Shown here: piece by piece, positions 25,683 through 39,642 of the stretch
Layout of the letters: every line of letters starts with the position of its first letter
Numbering within the stretch: position 1 is the first letter of the stretch
Origin: Paramecium tetraurelia
Lineage: Eukaryota
Length of the DNA stretch: 64,000 nucleotides
NCBI GenBank assembly: GCA_000165425.1
Contig: CT868657.1
Coordinates: 62,001-126,000 of the forward strand
Direction: 5' to 3'
Notes under the pieces: generated by a model
Databases searched by the model: none
What the model was told of the DNA's origin: nothing
The model's input: the letters and a program-made list of their open reading frames with translations, nothing else
Position numbers and translations under genes: made by a program

Positions 25683-27166
25683 TCATTTCTAACACTATTA
25701 ATCTATTGATAGAGTTTTTGGTATAATCATTTTTTTCTTCTTTCCATCTAGAGTCTCTTTATACTCAACTCTTTATTCAGTTATAATTTCTTGTTTTTTG
25801 GATTCTTCGTTCTTTTTTGAAACATCCTCTTCTTCTATCTTATCGTTATTATATAACACTTTAATATATTCAGGTAGTTCTAATTTAAATACTATTTTTA
25901 CATTCAATAGGGACTTCCTAACCAAAGTATCCCTCTTCAATCTATACAAAGGAACAAAATCCATCACAGGAACTTATAGCTATCAAATTGGAACCTTGAT
26001 TAATGTATACTTAAAATACCTCTAAAACAAATGTCAGTAATAGAAGCATAATGAAGATTTCCAAAGATAGCCAGGGGAGTTGGACTATCAGTTGAATAGA
26101 GAAGTAAGGAATCAACAGTACCAATAGCAAAAATCATTTTATAAGGTAAATCTATTAATGGTTACTAAATATCAGGATTTCTAGTAAAGTATTTAGGACA
26201 AAATCTAATAACTAAGGCAGGAGTATTTGTAGGTAAAAAGAAGCATGGAACTTGAGGAGATTATCTTAAGAACCCATAAGCACCCATAATAGGTTTATTA
26301 TCAACCCAGAATTCTGCAGCAGGTAAAATATAAAATGATCCATCAGGACTCCAATCTGGTCGTCTAACGAAAGTGAATAAACTAGTTTCACCCAAAAATA
26401 TTCCATTTTGTTTTTTCTCTTCTATTTGTTATTATTATGATTATTATTACTAGTCTTATGAATTAGATTATAATTATGAATCAGCCTTTTGTGCATTTTC
26501 TAATTTTCTGACTACATGCTATGGATAAAATTGCAGATTATTTAAGTTTTTTCTCTGAGCTTTCAATAGTTTCCACACTCTGGCGGTTCTGTCCTGACTC
26601 AAGGATACTATAGTTTTAAGTCTTGGATCTATTGTAACTCCTTAAACATAAGATGTGTGTCCATCTAAAGTTTGTAATTGCTTTTATTTCTTAACATTCC
26701 ACACAATGACATATTTATCTAGTCCTCCTGAGACCAAAATTTCACCATTTTTTGACCATTATAGATCATAGATTTCTTTGCAATGCCCAGTTAGTACTGC
26801 AAATGGCCACCATTACAATCTGGGTTCAGATTGACCAAAAGTTTATCTCACTTATTAGCTCCAGATTATAATTTTATAATCATCCGAACCAGATGCAAAG
26901 TTTTTACCAGATGGTGAGAATTTCAAACAATTAACAGTTTATTCATGACCAGAATTAATGGCTCCTGCAAACTCAACCATCTTAGTTGAATTTTCCAATA
27001 TTGTCCACATTTTAATCACTCCTACATCTTCACTCACATTATCTTTTTCAACTATTTTAGAATCCGAACCTCCTGTCAATAATAAATTCTATGTTGGATG
27101 AATTGCGATTGCCATTATTCGTTCTTTTTCTCCATGCCAAATTATATTCGGAATGACTAATTTCAT
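25683..27166 (-). CDS. CHAF1B: Chromatin assembly factor 1 subunit B (p60/Cac2), WD40
   Basis: MKLVIPNIIWH, HEQTVNCLKFSPSG, GHCKEIYDLQWS, GHTSYVQGVTIDP, FVRRPDWSPDGS, HYASITDI. Confidence 0.85.
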
Positions 27167-27227
27167 GTTTAATTAATTAAATATTAGGCGCGTAAATTTA
27201 TTACTTACATATATATATATATATAGA

Positions 27228-28468
27228 TCATTCTAAATCAGGTATATCATCATCAATTTGTTAAGTTAATTTTGCTTATGCTCTTTATATTAACATATCT
27301 AAATTTTATTTCTCTTATTTCTATTTCATCTCTTATTATTTTATCTACTCTTATTATTTCTACTACTCCTCTTTTTTCTTTCTCTCAGCTATTTGTTTCA
27401 ATATTTCATTAGGACTCACTTTGGGCATAGTAATAACCAACTCTCCTGTAATTTCTGATCTTTGAATCTTAGATTTTTCAGCAAACACTTCCTCATCCAA
27501 TCTAATCTATGTAAGCTTGTCCTTCACTCTCACAGACACATATGTTGGATTCACATTTACTTAAATCAATGAAGTATCCAGATATTTAGGAATGATCATC
27601 TTAAATGTGACATTTTCTGGATCTTCCCAGTTATTTACAATAGGCTTATAACCTCCCTCATCGCATTGTCTTATTCTTCCATCATTCATATACAATGGGG
27701 TTTCTTATTTTACTTTGAACTTCTCTGGATTTCTCTATCGTTCTTTGTCCTCTCTAACTCTGTAATTGAACTTAATTACTTTTCTTTTGCTTATCTCAAA
27801 TACATCTCCTTACGCGTCTCTGGAGTATATGCTACCTTATCCTCGCTGTCAGGATTCATTTCTTTTCTGATCTTCTCCTCATGCATTCTCTACTCTTCCT
27901 TAATCTTCTCTTCTTCAATTGCATATATTAATTCCTTTTGCAATTAAGGCAGTATTTATTTAGCCTTTATCCTCTCCGTATGTGTTATTTCTTTACCATC
28001 CAAGGAGTGAAGAGAATCCACTTAGCCAATCACGTAATCTCTATACCCTTTCCAACTATAATTATCATTTTAAGTATTTACTCAGTGCATGGATTCCCTG
28101 TTAAATATAATTCTTTTAATCTGCATTTCTGTAAACACTAAATAGATTTTTCTAAATTTTTAGAGATCCACAAAATTGACTGTCAAATCCAATTTCATCA
28201 AAGATTCGCAATTCTCTATTCCTTCTATAAGTTTGATATTGTTTAATGCTAAATTTAGATATTCCAATTCTCTCAACTTATTTAGGTTTTCCATTCTCTC
28301 GATTATATTGTTTTGTAACAATAATATTTTCAAGTGTCTACAATACACATCCAAGTTCTCAATCTTCAAAATCTCTTCCTAATGAATGGATATCTCTTCT
28401 AGATTTGTTAACATCATCTCATTATGCTCTGCTCTTCTCCTTAATAATTCCTAAGTAATTCTAGACAT
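27228..28468 (-). CDS. LRRC6: Dynein assembly factor LRRC6/DNAAF11 (TilB homolog)
   Basis: [17 protein letters not shown], LRRs ([22 protein letters not shown]), [16 protein letters not shown]-like C-terminus, ends DIPDLE; one 26 nt intron. Confidence 0.93.
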
Positions 28469-28607
28469 TTTTAATTAATTTTATAAATGATTAAATTTAA
28501 TACTAATTTTGTTCTGTTCCTTTTCATAACTATTCAATAAAGTTCTTTTATAAATAACATTATGCATATATAAGATTGTTAGTTTAAAATATTAATCATA
28601 TTATTAA

Positions 28608-30411
28608 TCATTATTTAATCACAATTTTTCTATGAGTTGTAAATTAATCTCTATCTTACTGTTGCTAGCTATGTCTTTCTGTAAGAGAATTCAGACGTTT
28701 ATTTTCTAAATAATTTGCTATAATTACAAAAATCATCTTCCACATGTGGTTCATTATTATTTAAGTTTTAAAGATTCAATTTGAAATCAAATTTTTTATG
28801 ATTCTATATGGATTAAGTAGCCATCTAAATGTATTTTTTGACTATGTCATCTGTTTTTTATGAATTAATATTTAGAACCTTAGATTAACTATGATTTGCT
28901 TATTTCTGATGTTAGGACTTAGTGCCCAAGTCAACTCCAGTGGTTTTCTTAGAATATTAAGATTTGGCTTTTGAATTACTATTCATCTTCAAGGTGGTTA
29001 GCGTATTATATTATGAAGGTAGCATATAGTTGAATTCTGGTTTCTTTTGTTGATCTGCATTTTAAGAGCTCCTAATTTTCAAGTCGTGCAATCTATGAAA
29101 CAAATCTTCAGCAATAGGCAATTACTTTGAGTTCCGATCAGTAAGTGAGCCTCCTTTAGTAATTTTATCCAGTTGATTTTAATTTATCTTTTTTTATTAA
29201 ATATTAATTGGCTAATAGGCTTTTTTTAATTGCTCTTATCGCTAGGATATGTTCTGTATACTGCCATTGTTGTTATTATTTTGATCCTATTTAATACTCT
29301 TTTGAGAACCTTAGAATCCTTGAATCACAGTAGAAGTGCTTGCCACAATCAAATCTTAAGAAATAGTCTATCTCAGTTAACGGTTATGATTCCCTTAATA
29401 ATCTCTAAGCATCTTCTGAATGACAAAATTATTCTCGAATTTCTAGGTTTTGTTTTTATCCTCTTGATCGATTGGTTCATTGTGACCAGGTACACCTTCC
29501 TGAAATTACTCCACTTATTGATCGACTGAATCTTTGATTTTGGACATTTTGAAACTGGATTAAGAGTGTTTGGATTCACTTTTGGAATTGGCAAGTATAG
29601 CTAACCTTATATAAATAAGAAAATACCTTTCTTTTCTCGTAAATCGATGTGATTAGTTCTACGTTTAACACTTTTCGTGGTATGTAAATCCTTTATGATA
29701 TTATTGGTGGGTATAAGTTACTAACTTGGAAGAGGGGATTTTAAATAGAAATGCGATGGCAGTTTTTTGAGTGAGTTACTCATTTAATTTATAATGAGAT
29801 AATGCTTATCTAGCATCTCATTTAGTTGTTAAGTTTCTTCCTGATGGTTAATGATATTCAAGCCCTTAAAATCAAGGCGAGTGAGTTTATTTGGTTTGTC
29901 TTGTGATGAATAGATGTCGTGTTCTTCGGTTTCATAACTGATTTATGAATTGGAGGATAGTTTTGAATTGAGAACGTTGTTAATAACAATTTGGTTATTT
30001 GATTTATTTGAATGTTGGCTTTGTTAAACTCTCTGATAATAAAGTTTATCGATTCGCTTATTCCTCTTAGCCATCAGTTGATGTTAATCGACGATCAAAA
30101 GATAGGGATGCACATCTTTGTAATTGGTAACATAAAATTCTGTCAAAATATCAAGTCTTGGTTTGACTTCATCCTATTTATACTATCTACAATTTAAGGA
30201 AGTTCAACTACCTTTTCATGTATTCTTATTGCTCATCTAATATCAGATAATCCTTATAATAGATTACATGAGGAGTGCTCGTAATTTAAGAAAGGATTTC
30301 ATTTATAGGTTTGGCAAAATAGAAATTGAAAGCTTCAAAGTATTTGGTTTGCAATTTATCCAATATGAGTTACTTAGTACTTTATCGGCACAATTTACAA
30401 TTATTCTCCAT
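28608..30411 (-). CDS. Hypothetical ciliate-family protein
   Basis: Structured N-terminus (NFYFAKPINEIL...DEQQEYMKR) followed by S/Q/N-rich tail; introns near 30190 and 29605. Confidence 0.7.
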
Positions 30412-30442
30412 TACTCAAATTATCTATAAAATTAATATAAAT

Positions 30443-31962
30443 ATGAAGAAGCTGAAAAGTAAATTGGAAAGCACAAATACAGACAGTTTTGGAGTTTCTG
30501 GCAGTGATTTCACAAGAACTCAAAAGTCTCATCGCCAATTTTTGGTTACGAGCACAATGAAAATGCAAACTGAATCAACAGATCAGCTGAAATTGGACTT
30601 ACCTCCTGTTGTGAATCTGCCCTTCCAAAATAAGATACGATCATAGAAGCGATCTAGAAATCAAATACGAACCAGCGATTTATTTAATGTTTATAAGGCA
30701 CCTTAGACATTGGCAACAAATCCTGAATCATTGCTTAAAAAGAAAAGATAATATCAGATATCATAGAGCATTATTAAGTATTATTCCGATGAAATTACGG
30801 CTTTAAAAGATCAGTAGAGTTTAGACGACTAGGAAATAGAAAACTGCATTTCCAAATATTTAAATGAAGCAATCCAAAGTCTCGATGTCCTAATTAAGAA
30901 GATATAGAATTTGCTACAATACAAACAAAACAGAGAGAAGAGTGAATAGGAAATGAAAGAAATTATGTAGGAATGTTTTAAATAGAAAAATTTGTGTATT
31001 CAATAAAGGTTCTGTTATATATTTGGCAAAATGGAGTAGCTGTTCTTCAATCCCTTGTCAGGGGCAATCTATTTTAAATTATGCAAACGATTGTCTGACA
31101 ACGAGATATTCTACAGGAATAAGATGAAAGCCTATAGAGGATTGGGTGAATGCTTACTCAGAGTCAGACCTAAATTGAGCCAGTTATATTTTACCAAATA
31201 TTTAATGTCAGCTTGGAAATTGAACGAGAAGAATCACGAACTATATGCGTATGATTTGTTAGGAAAATATTACTTTTATGTTGGACAAATCGAAAAGGCA
31301 AAGCTATTCCATGAGAAAATGATAGGAGGTTATTGTGAAGTATGTAATATCAATTATAACTGTAGGTTCCTGAATCCAGAGTTAGAATATTGGCTTAGAG
31401 TCGTTTAGAACAGGGGAGTCTCTCAAATAGAATTAATAGGGAACATCAAGTTGTCGACATAGACGTTGTAACATCTGATGACGAATGTTATGAAATTGTG
31501 TTGACTCAACCTTAACAAATTAAAGTAGCCACCGTTAGTTCGGTCAAATATTTCCAAAGAAAGATCCCTGATCCCAAATCAGTCAAAGAAGAAGCCAATA
31601 CAAATATTAGACAGAAGAAACCTAAATATAATTCACAACTGCTGGAAATTGGAGGGGAATTCGACATGTCTAAATTAGTTATCTCAAATCCTCATCTCAA
31701 TATAGGGGCGATTAAGGACAGAGTTTTGTTGAGTCACATGAGTCCTAACAGAAAATTGGAGATGTATTAATATCTCTGTTTGGCCAGTGATAAGAACGCT
31801 TTCAATAATGTTAATCTACTCTCTGGATTGTATGACAGATTTGAAATCAGCAAAATCAATAAGTATCTAACAAAATTGATCTCTCTTTTGAGCACAGTAT
31901 AACAATGGTTGATGAGTTAATAAAAGCATAAGCAAGTTACTCGTAGATTCGCATTGGTTTGA
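30443..31962 (+). CDS. TPR-like helical-repeat protein
   Basis: KMKAYRGLGECL...YFTKYLMSAWK...ELYAYDLLGKYYFYVGQIEKAKLFH; intron near 31340. Confidence 0.7.
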
Positions 31963-32012
31963 ATGTTATATGTATATTTAGTTTATATACTAATTTATAT
32001 TTATATTTTATT

Positions 32013-33097
32013 ATGTCCAACCGAAATACTAAATCTAAGAGCCCTAACCTCAAGAAACCATAGAATTTTGACAAAGATCTGATGAAATACCTTATTTTAC
32101 AAAAGATAACCAAGCCTTCCGCTCCTGTTGAGATGTTAACCAAAACGTAACCTGATGAAGATTCAGAGGTTGATGATTTTAAGTAAGAAATAGAAATCAA
32201 GTATTCTATAACATCTAAACCTATTTCTAGATTCAAGAAATGCAAAATCAATCACTCATTCAAGTTTCCCAAAGATAGTTATGAATCTTCTTCTGACAAT
32301 TCTCTTTAATCTCTCAAAGATGTCACTCTCTATGAATTGAACCAAGACAATATATAACATCTCACAGATGCAACATAGCCCTAATTCATCAAACTACTTA
32401 ATGAAAGATTAATCAAATTAACCGATTAGATTTAAGAGGACCTTTCCATTCAAAAACCTAACCCAAATCCCAAATCTTCAAGGTTGATCTCCTAATAAAT
32501 ATCAAGATTATAGAAAGTGCGTGGTCAGAACCTATCCAACTCCTCCTTATCCAAATAGATTGATCAAACAGTCGCTAGTCAAGGACGTGAAAGTGTGACC
32601 AACAAGCAGAATTAAAATCTAGGCTTCAGAGCCACTCCAACCTTGTCCTCTGAAAAGAAGAATCAATCCAAACATATCCAACAAATATTGAAAATTGTAC
32701 AATAAAAGTAGTTAAATAACAATATCAAGTAATTAAAATTTGATAAACCTAGCGATGCATTCTATAAAAGAACGTTGTAAGGAAACAGTAGTTACATTAA
32801 TAAAAATGCAAGTGCTAACGACAAACGAAATATAGAAAACATTAGAATTAAAACAGAATATGATGATTAAGATGGAAATTTAACCCAATTTCACATACTG
32901 CCAAAATCAAGGTATTTAATAATTTTATTGTTTTCTACCTTTTTAGAACTAAAAATAGAGAGTCCAGCACAAAATTAAAAAAACAAGACACATCTTAAAA
33001 TCATAAAATCTTAAATTACACTATTGATAGTCACATTTTGGAATAATTGAGAGGTACTAGGAATGCTAAAAGTTAAAACAAAAATTATAAAAATTGA
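32013..33097 (+). CDS. Hypothetical low-complexity protein
   Basis: MSNRNTKSKSPNL... open to TGA 33095, intron near 32912. Confidence 0.65.
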
Positions 33098-33249
33098 TTT
33101 TAAATATTTATTTATAATATGAGCTGCTTTTCTTATAAATTCATACTCTTGATTTAAAATGATCATTCTATAAGAGGATATTTATAATATAATACTAAAA
33201 TATCAAGAAAGGTGTTTATAAAAACGGATTTGTGATTAATTAATATTTA

Positions 33250-34418
33250 ATGAAAACTTTCATCGGGTTTACATTGTTGTATTTGATATTGGCAAAGTAT
33301 ATTATACCTACAACATCATAGTCAAGGAATTTCATCAATTTAGTAAGATAAATTGCATCCCATCTCTAAAATCATACTTGGATTGTCAGAAGTATAAACT
33401 AAGGATTTCAATTACCAATAATTGTTTGTTGCTCTAGATGAATTGGCACAATCTTTCTAAACAAGAATAAACGATGAGAATAGTTCTTATGAACTCGATT
33501 AGCAATCATATTTTTCAGATGTCTAATTCTATGAGAATTAAATTAATGACTTTAAGAACAAAGTTTATTTTCATCAATATCTCATAGATCGCACAATTAG
33601 AAATTGAAATCAAAGAATTAGGCGATTAAGGAACACGCTTATAAGCATACCTAACTGAAGCTAATTAGGATTTAAATGAGGCAATTAAATTATTGGCCTA
33701 AAAAGAATAGCAAATTAACTCTGATAATTCAGTTTTTGAATCACAAAATCAAGAATATGCTGACACCATCAATGTTCTTGATTAAGCAATTGCCTTACTC
33801 AATGAAATCAAAGATGAAGCCTCATTAATCTAAAAGAAAGAACACATCAAGGAGGTATCCTAAAATATGCACAAAAGGTATTCACCTACATATTACAACA
33901 CTTAGCATGAAGAAATTGTCATCAAAAAGAGTGTTCTATTAACCTCTAGTAAATGTGTTGGCTTAAATGACATAAAGTAACTATGTAGATTAAGAGAATC
34001 TTAAGAAAGTCATCAATTTTATGAATTAACTTAGACAAAATCTTATTGATGCATAACAAGCATTATAAAATCAACATGAATCATAATCTAAATTATAATA
34101 AGATATTTTATCTGAAACTCAAGCCAAAGTCAGTGGAATTCAGGATGTTTTAATCCCACTATTGGGAACTGAAATTTCAATTAAACAATCTGAAGTTAGA
34201 GCATTAAGCTCAATTTTATAAGATGCCCAAAGTAATTTAGCTGATGCCTAGGAAAACCTTGTTGCAACATAAAATAGATGGATTGAAAGGTATAAAAGAA
34301 ATCTTAGTATTTTAGAACTTCAACTCATAATAATTTATTGCAACAATTTAATAATGAGTTATTAGCAATTAAGGACGCAGAAAATGCATTAAAGAAAGGC
34401 GGCATCTTTAGATAATGA
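33250..34418 (+). CDS. Trichocyst matrix protein (TMP)-like secretory precursor
   Basis: Signal peptide MKTFIGFTLLYLILA, acidic heptad helices, central SLIQ plus basic linker, ~360 aa, three short introns. Confidence 0.75.
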
Positions 34419-34504
34419 TTTTTGTTTTAATCAAAAACAATTATTAATAATGTAGAATTCAACTTTAAAAATTTTATGTTAATTAAACAATATTTTACAA
34501 ATTA

Positions 34505-36283
34505 TCATCCAATTGTTTTCTGCATCTCCTTTTTCTACTTTATCCTTTTACCATTTACATTCTCTTCATTATTTTAATCTTCTTGTTTTTTATCTTCACC
34601 CTCATTTTTATCCAGCAAATCCCTCTCCAGAATCTCTTCAATATCTATCATTGTTTATCTTCTTAATTTAGTCTCCTTGTATGACAGTTGTATTGTGCTC
34701 AATGATGGAATACAATTTCCATATTTGTCATATCCTGTTGGAATAGCATTTGTTAGCATTTTAACAAAAAAGGGGAATATAAAACAAACAAAGGGAATAC
34801 TTAGTAAGGCATAAACAGTTCTTGTAAAAAATAACAAATCCCCAAATGACTAGGTAGGACTATCTTTTATTTTATAAAAATATAAGAATGCTAATTTAAT
34901 ACTGAATCATTACCTGACATTATTAAGGAAATAATCAAACAAACTAAATCATAGATTAGAAAGTATTTTAGTCTACCTCCTTTTGTATCTTAAGTAATTG
35001 TTAATTATTCTTTTAAAATGGCTCCTCTAGAATAAGATCTGTTTAATAAGAGATAGGCTATCCATACAGTTAATACTTAAATGGATAAAGTAAACATAAG
35101 GATATACACTTAATGATGATTACCAGGTCCACAATCAAAAAATAAATAATGAAAATAGGCCAGAAAGCATGGAAATAATCCATTAGTAATAAATTGCAAA
35201 GATTTATAATCAGCTATATAATTGACTAATTAGAATTCTTCATCCTAGGATTATAATGTTTTCATACTTTATTAATACAAAGCAGAATGATGCTAAACAT
35301 CAGTGGTTGAATTCCCATATATGGAAGTAATTAACAAAATTTCATAAATTGATATGAAATCCTCCTCATGTGATCACGATTAGAGAGATCGGCAGGATAA
35401 AGAGAATAGAGTATAAAATTTCTGACATGTTAAATCACTCCTTTTGTATCCTTCTTTCTGATTTCTACTTATTTTTTCTCCAACTTGGCCCTAAGTTCCA
35501 ATCTGATTAAATCAGTGAAATCCTTCCATAAGTTGGTTGCAGTATCTTACGCAAAACCTTGCATAAAATCATAAGGGACAGATTTCTAGACACTATCAGT
35601 TATTTTCGGTTCAATGCTGCTCATCAGACTGACAACCTATGCATCAACTTATCCTGCAATCCAAAGATTGATATGTGATTTTTTTTCAAGTATTTTATTT
35701 TTTATATGAGTGTCCAATTTTTTTAATTATTTCTAAAAAATGGAGTTATAATTAATTACTTTCACTGAGTTTTATGCAGTAGTAGCTTATGTTGCTACAT
35801 ATGTTTTCAATTAAAACAACGTACTGTTCTATTCTTTAGCCTTTTTGGCTGCCACTTCGTAATAGTTATCACCATTTTCATCTAAACATATTTTCTAATT
35901 GAGAAAATCTGGAAGGTCGTCATTTTATTTTTTTTTAGTATATTTTTTATTAGCCTACTCTTCAGCTATCTGTTGAATTTATTATTCTTGCATTTGTTAA
36001 ATCAGTTCTTCTGGTATTATGGCCTTGTTAAAATCTAATTGAGGAACATCAGAAAAATTTTTATCAAAATTTTGATTTTCTATTTAAATAACATTTAGAT
36101 ACAATTAGATTAATCACTCTTATCCTATTATTCATCTGACTTGATTTAATTTGGAAGACTTAGTGGTGACTTTGAAAAATCTTAATTTTTATTGAACTCT
36201 TCGTCTTTCATTTCTTTGTATTTATCCTATCCAAAATGTTTATTATAAGCATCCTTAGTTTGTTATTTCAATTTTTTTAGCAT
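34505..36283 (-). CDS. Multi-pass membrane protein with N-terminal coiled coil
   Basis: Several hydrophobic helices ~34750-35300, RGGRLKYFLIYDL, TGYDKYGNC. Confidence 0.75.
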
Positions 36284-36379
36284 GCTTGGTATTATATTTT
36301 AATTTAACCAATAAATTTACAGTCGTTTAAAAAAGTTTAAATAGTATCAAAATAAAGTTTAATTGAATAAATTTCATTT

Positions 36380-37420
36380 CTAATAAACATTGGAGTCTAG
36401 ATTAAAGATATTTATTGCTTAGTCAGTTATCTTGATGTTATTTTGCAAATAATTGTTTAGATAGGTAAAGACATTTATGAATTCTGTAAATAATAATACT
36501 TAAGAATTTGCACTTCTATGGACTACATACTACATTAATCATAATGAAAACAGAAATAAAAAACATAAGGCTGCAGAAAGTTCTTAGAAAATGATTCATC
36601 ACATGACTCTTACTTCAATCAACAGATTCTATCAAGTAAAGGATTATGAAACTAAAAGAATGAATTTTATATTAGGAAAACCGATTGGTTCTAGATAATA
36701 GAGTCAAGTTTACTAAATTATAAATACGGACGCAGGAGGATTGTTTTATTTTAAAAAATTACCAAATAACTAAGAAGATCAGTAATATTAGATGCAAAAT
36801 ATATAGGACATTTAATCATACGATATTAAACACCTATACTAATTTAATCAGAATGAATTATCTTTTAATAGATTCTTTTTATATTTGAATATCATAAAAT
36901 AAATTTTTATAAAATTCCAAAGTTAGAACCCTATTTTATTAAAAGTCGATTCCAATTTATACAATATTAAGCTTATAAATCTTAGGTTCGATTTCTCAAT
37001 TATTAAGTGAAGTTATGCCAATAAAAGGGTAGGCTTTAAAAAGATATACTCAGTAAATTCTGACTTTTTGTAGTATTTACATCAAATAGATTTAGAGGTA
37101 CCTGAAGTTGTGAGATAAAAAAGAATTGGTACAGTCTTAGATAAAGAAGTATAATTTTTAATTATGAAATTAGTAGACTTACATAGAGTGAATAAATTAA
37201 TTTTGATAACACTTAAAATGTTTTATTAAATTATATGATTATAAATGGAAGATAGATTTTAATAACGAGAATAATATTGAAAGAAAAAAGGAGTTGCTTT
37301 TAACATGTGTGTTGAAGTAGTGAATACTTAGGTAGAGTGGTTTTTATAATGATTTTGTTGTTAATAAATTTATGGTTTAGAAATGGATTACCAACAAATT
37401 AAATTATCTATTAGTTTTAT
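36380..37420 (+). pseudogene. Degenerate protein-kinase remnant
   Basis: MNFILGKPIGSRQQSQVYQIINTDAGGL (decayed Gly loop), QKGRLQKDI (decayed HRD region), EVPEVVRQ (APE-like); TGA stops and frame breaks. Confidence 0.55.
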
Positions 37421-37570
37421 GATTCTAAATGATAATTTAATGATTATATATTTAATCAAAAGATAAAAATTATCAATCACTTATGAATCGATAATAAGAA
37501 CAAATTATTTCTCAGGAAATGGAAAAAGAAGTTAAGTTATTGATTAATTCATTAGTTTAGAAATGAAGTA

Positions 37571-38908
37571 ATGAGAATTTGCATTTTTAATTGTGCTTGC
37601 TAATTTTACATGTTAATCTTTAGTTGTAAATTAATATGGCTATTCGATTCTAAATACATAATAATATTTGCTTGGTTCATGGATTTGATCACCTTCGTTA
37701 TAGTTATGCTTGATAGGAACATAGGCAAAGTCTTGTCTGTGGTTCATTTTTTGGAGAAAGTCCTGAGCATATCGTTTAAGGTAAAATCATGTTTTTAAAG
37801 ATTATATTAGATTACTATAGTTATTCACTTTGAAGTCAAGGAAATTAAACTCTTCTATATTCCAGCAGTTCAACTATTCATCACTATTGGATTATTTCTT
37901 TTTTAGGTACTCCATCACGATTAATCCAAAAGAAAGCATATAATAGTATGATGCTCTTCATTATTAGATCGCTCATTCGTATTCTGTTCTTTATGTGATC
38001 TAACTCCTTCTATTAACCTTAAAATGGAACAACCTATTCGGATACACATATTATTAAACATTCATAATAGCATGGACTGCACTTGGAATAAACACATTCT
38101 TGATTATATTGTTATTGATAACCATGGTCGAGAATTGCTTCCTCAGACACCTACCACAAATAAATGGTAAAAAATATTATTATTAAGGAACTATAATATT
38201 TTGGTTTGTGTTTTACATATTTGGATTAACCATAATTCCCTTCTTTCTATTAAAAACTATTTGTGAATACTATGAAAACGACACTCTCTACACTAATATC
38301 CAATTGTCATCGGTTGCAATATTAGTCTGTATTTTGATATATCTCTTTTTGTTTATTTTCTTCACTCTAAAAATTAAGAAGCAATTGACGTACTAAATTT
38401 CTACTATTTTAGTGTCATTTTGTAATTGGATCATCGATAAGCTGTCACACCAAAACGACCATTATAAGAAACAACCTAAAAAAAGTGGAGAAAATTAAAA
38501 ATTCCAATAATGTTCGTCAGAATTTCAGCATCCTATTATAAAATGCTTACTAGATAATCAACAACTGATACTAACTCTCGTAATACTAGTTCTATCCCTA
38601 TTTGCAGCGATGTATTACGACCTGATTCACTTAATTTTCGTCAATCGCCATGTCAAACAATGATGAAACAAATGAAATCTATCCCTAAAGATTAGGATTC
38701 TGGAGACTTTTGTTTGATTTGTTTTGAGAATGAACCTGATGTAGTATTACATCCTTGTAATCATGGAGGTATTTGTAACAATTGCTCAGAAAATATGATA
38801 AAAACTACCAAATAATGTTTTCTATGCAGATCAGAAATTAGATATGCACTGAAAATTAATCAAAAAGATGGTGAGATGCTAGAAGCTACTGATGTATAAA
38901 AAGTTTGA
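37571..38908 (+). CDS. Multi-pass membrane protein with C-terminal RING (C3HC4) finger
   Basis: Many hydrophobic segments, then CLICFENEPDVVLHPCNHGGICNNC...CFLCR. Confidence 0.85.
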
Positions 38909-38929
38909 ATTATAAATCATATAATCTAT

Positions 38930-39590
38930 TATCAATTATCAAGGTTTCTTAATTTCAGGTTCTCCTCTATTTCTATTCTGTCTAAATTGACTTTCTTATT
39001 GATTTTTGATGATACTGATTTCTCATGACTTTCATCTAATCTGCTATTGTTCAATCGAGCAAAGAAATCAATATTCAAAGAGTGGTTTCTTCAACATGGT
39101 TTCAAAGTGCTGTTTCTACTTAGCCAAAGTTTAAATAAACTAATGTTTATCTGCTTTTGTCATTCTAATAGGATTATAATTTGGCTTTGGTAGTCTATCA
39201 GTAAGATTGTGCATCTTTATGGAAACTCTGATTGTCTACAATAGCAAATTTGCAAATATATCCTTTTCAGATATGAGAACTATTATTTTTGATATATATC
39301 ACCACCATCTGCATATTCAATTGCAAAGCTAATAAAGATATTTAGAGAAAGTTACCATAAAATTTATTATTAATCCTCTAAAAACGCTTCTTTATTTTGA
39401 ATGACGTTAACATGTCTAACACTTGCTTGAATTCTCACTTCATTTAGAGCGTTTTATTTCTCCTATCAGAAAGCGACTGTAGTTCAACCTTTTTAGTTTT
39501 ATATTCCTATTGATCTGCAATTATCCTTATTTTATATAACTTTGAATATGCTCCTTCACCTAATAATTGATAACTTCACATATTTATATT
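38930..39590 (-). pseudogene. NEK kinase pseudogene
   Basis: ATG-TGA before LLGEGAYSKLYKI; 1-nt frameshift before QNALNEVRIQASVRHVNVI; IEYADGGDIYQK; no HRD/DFG found. Confidence 0.75.
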
Positions 39591-39642
39591 AATGATAAAT
39601 ATAATCAAAAAAAATAGACAGAGAAAAGCACTTATTATAAAT

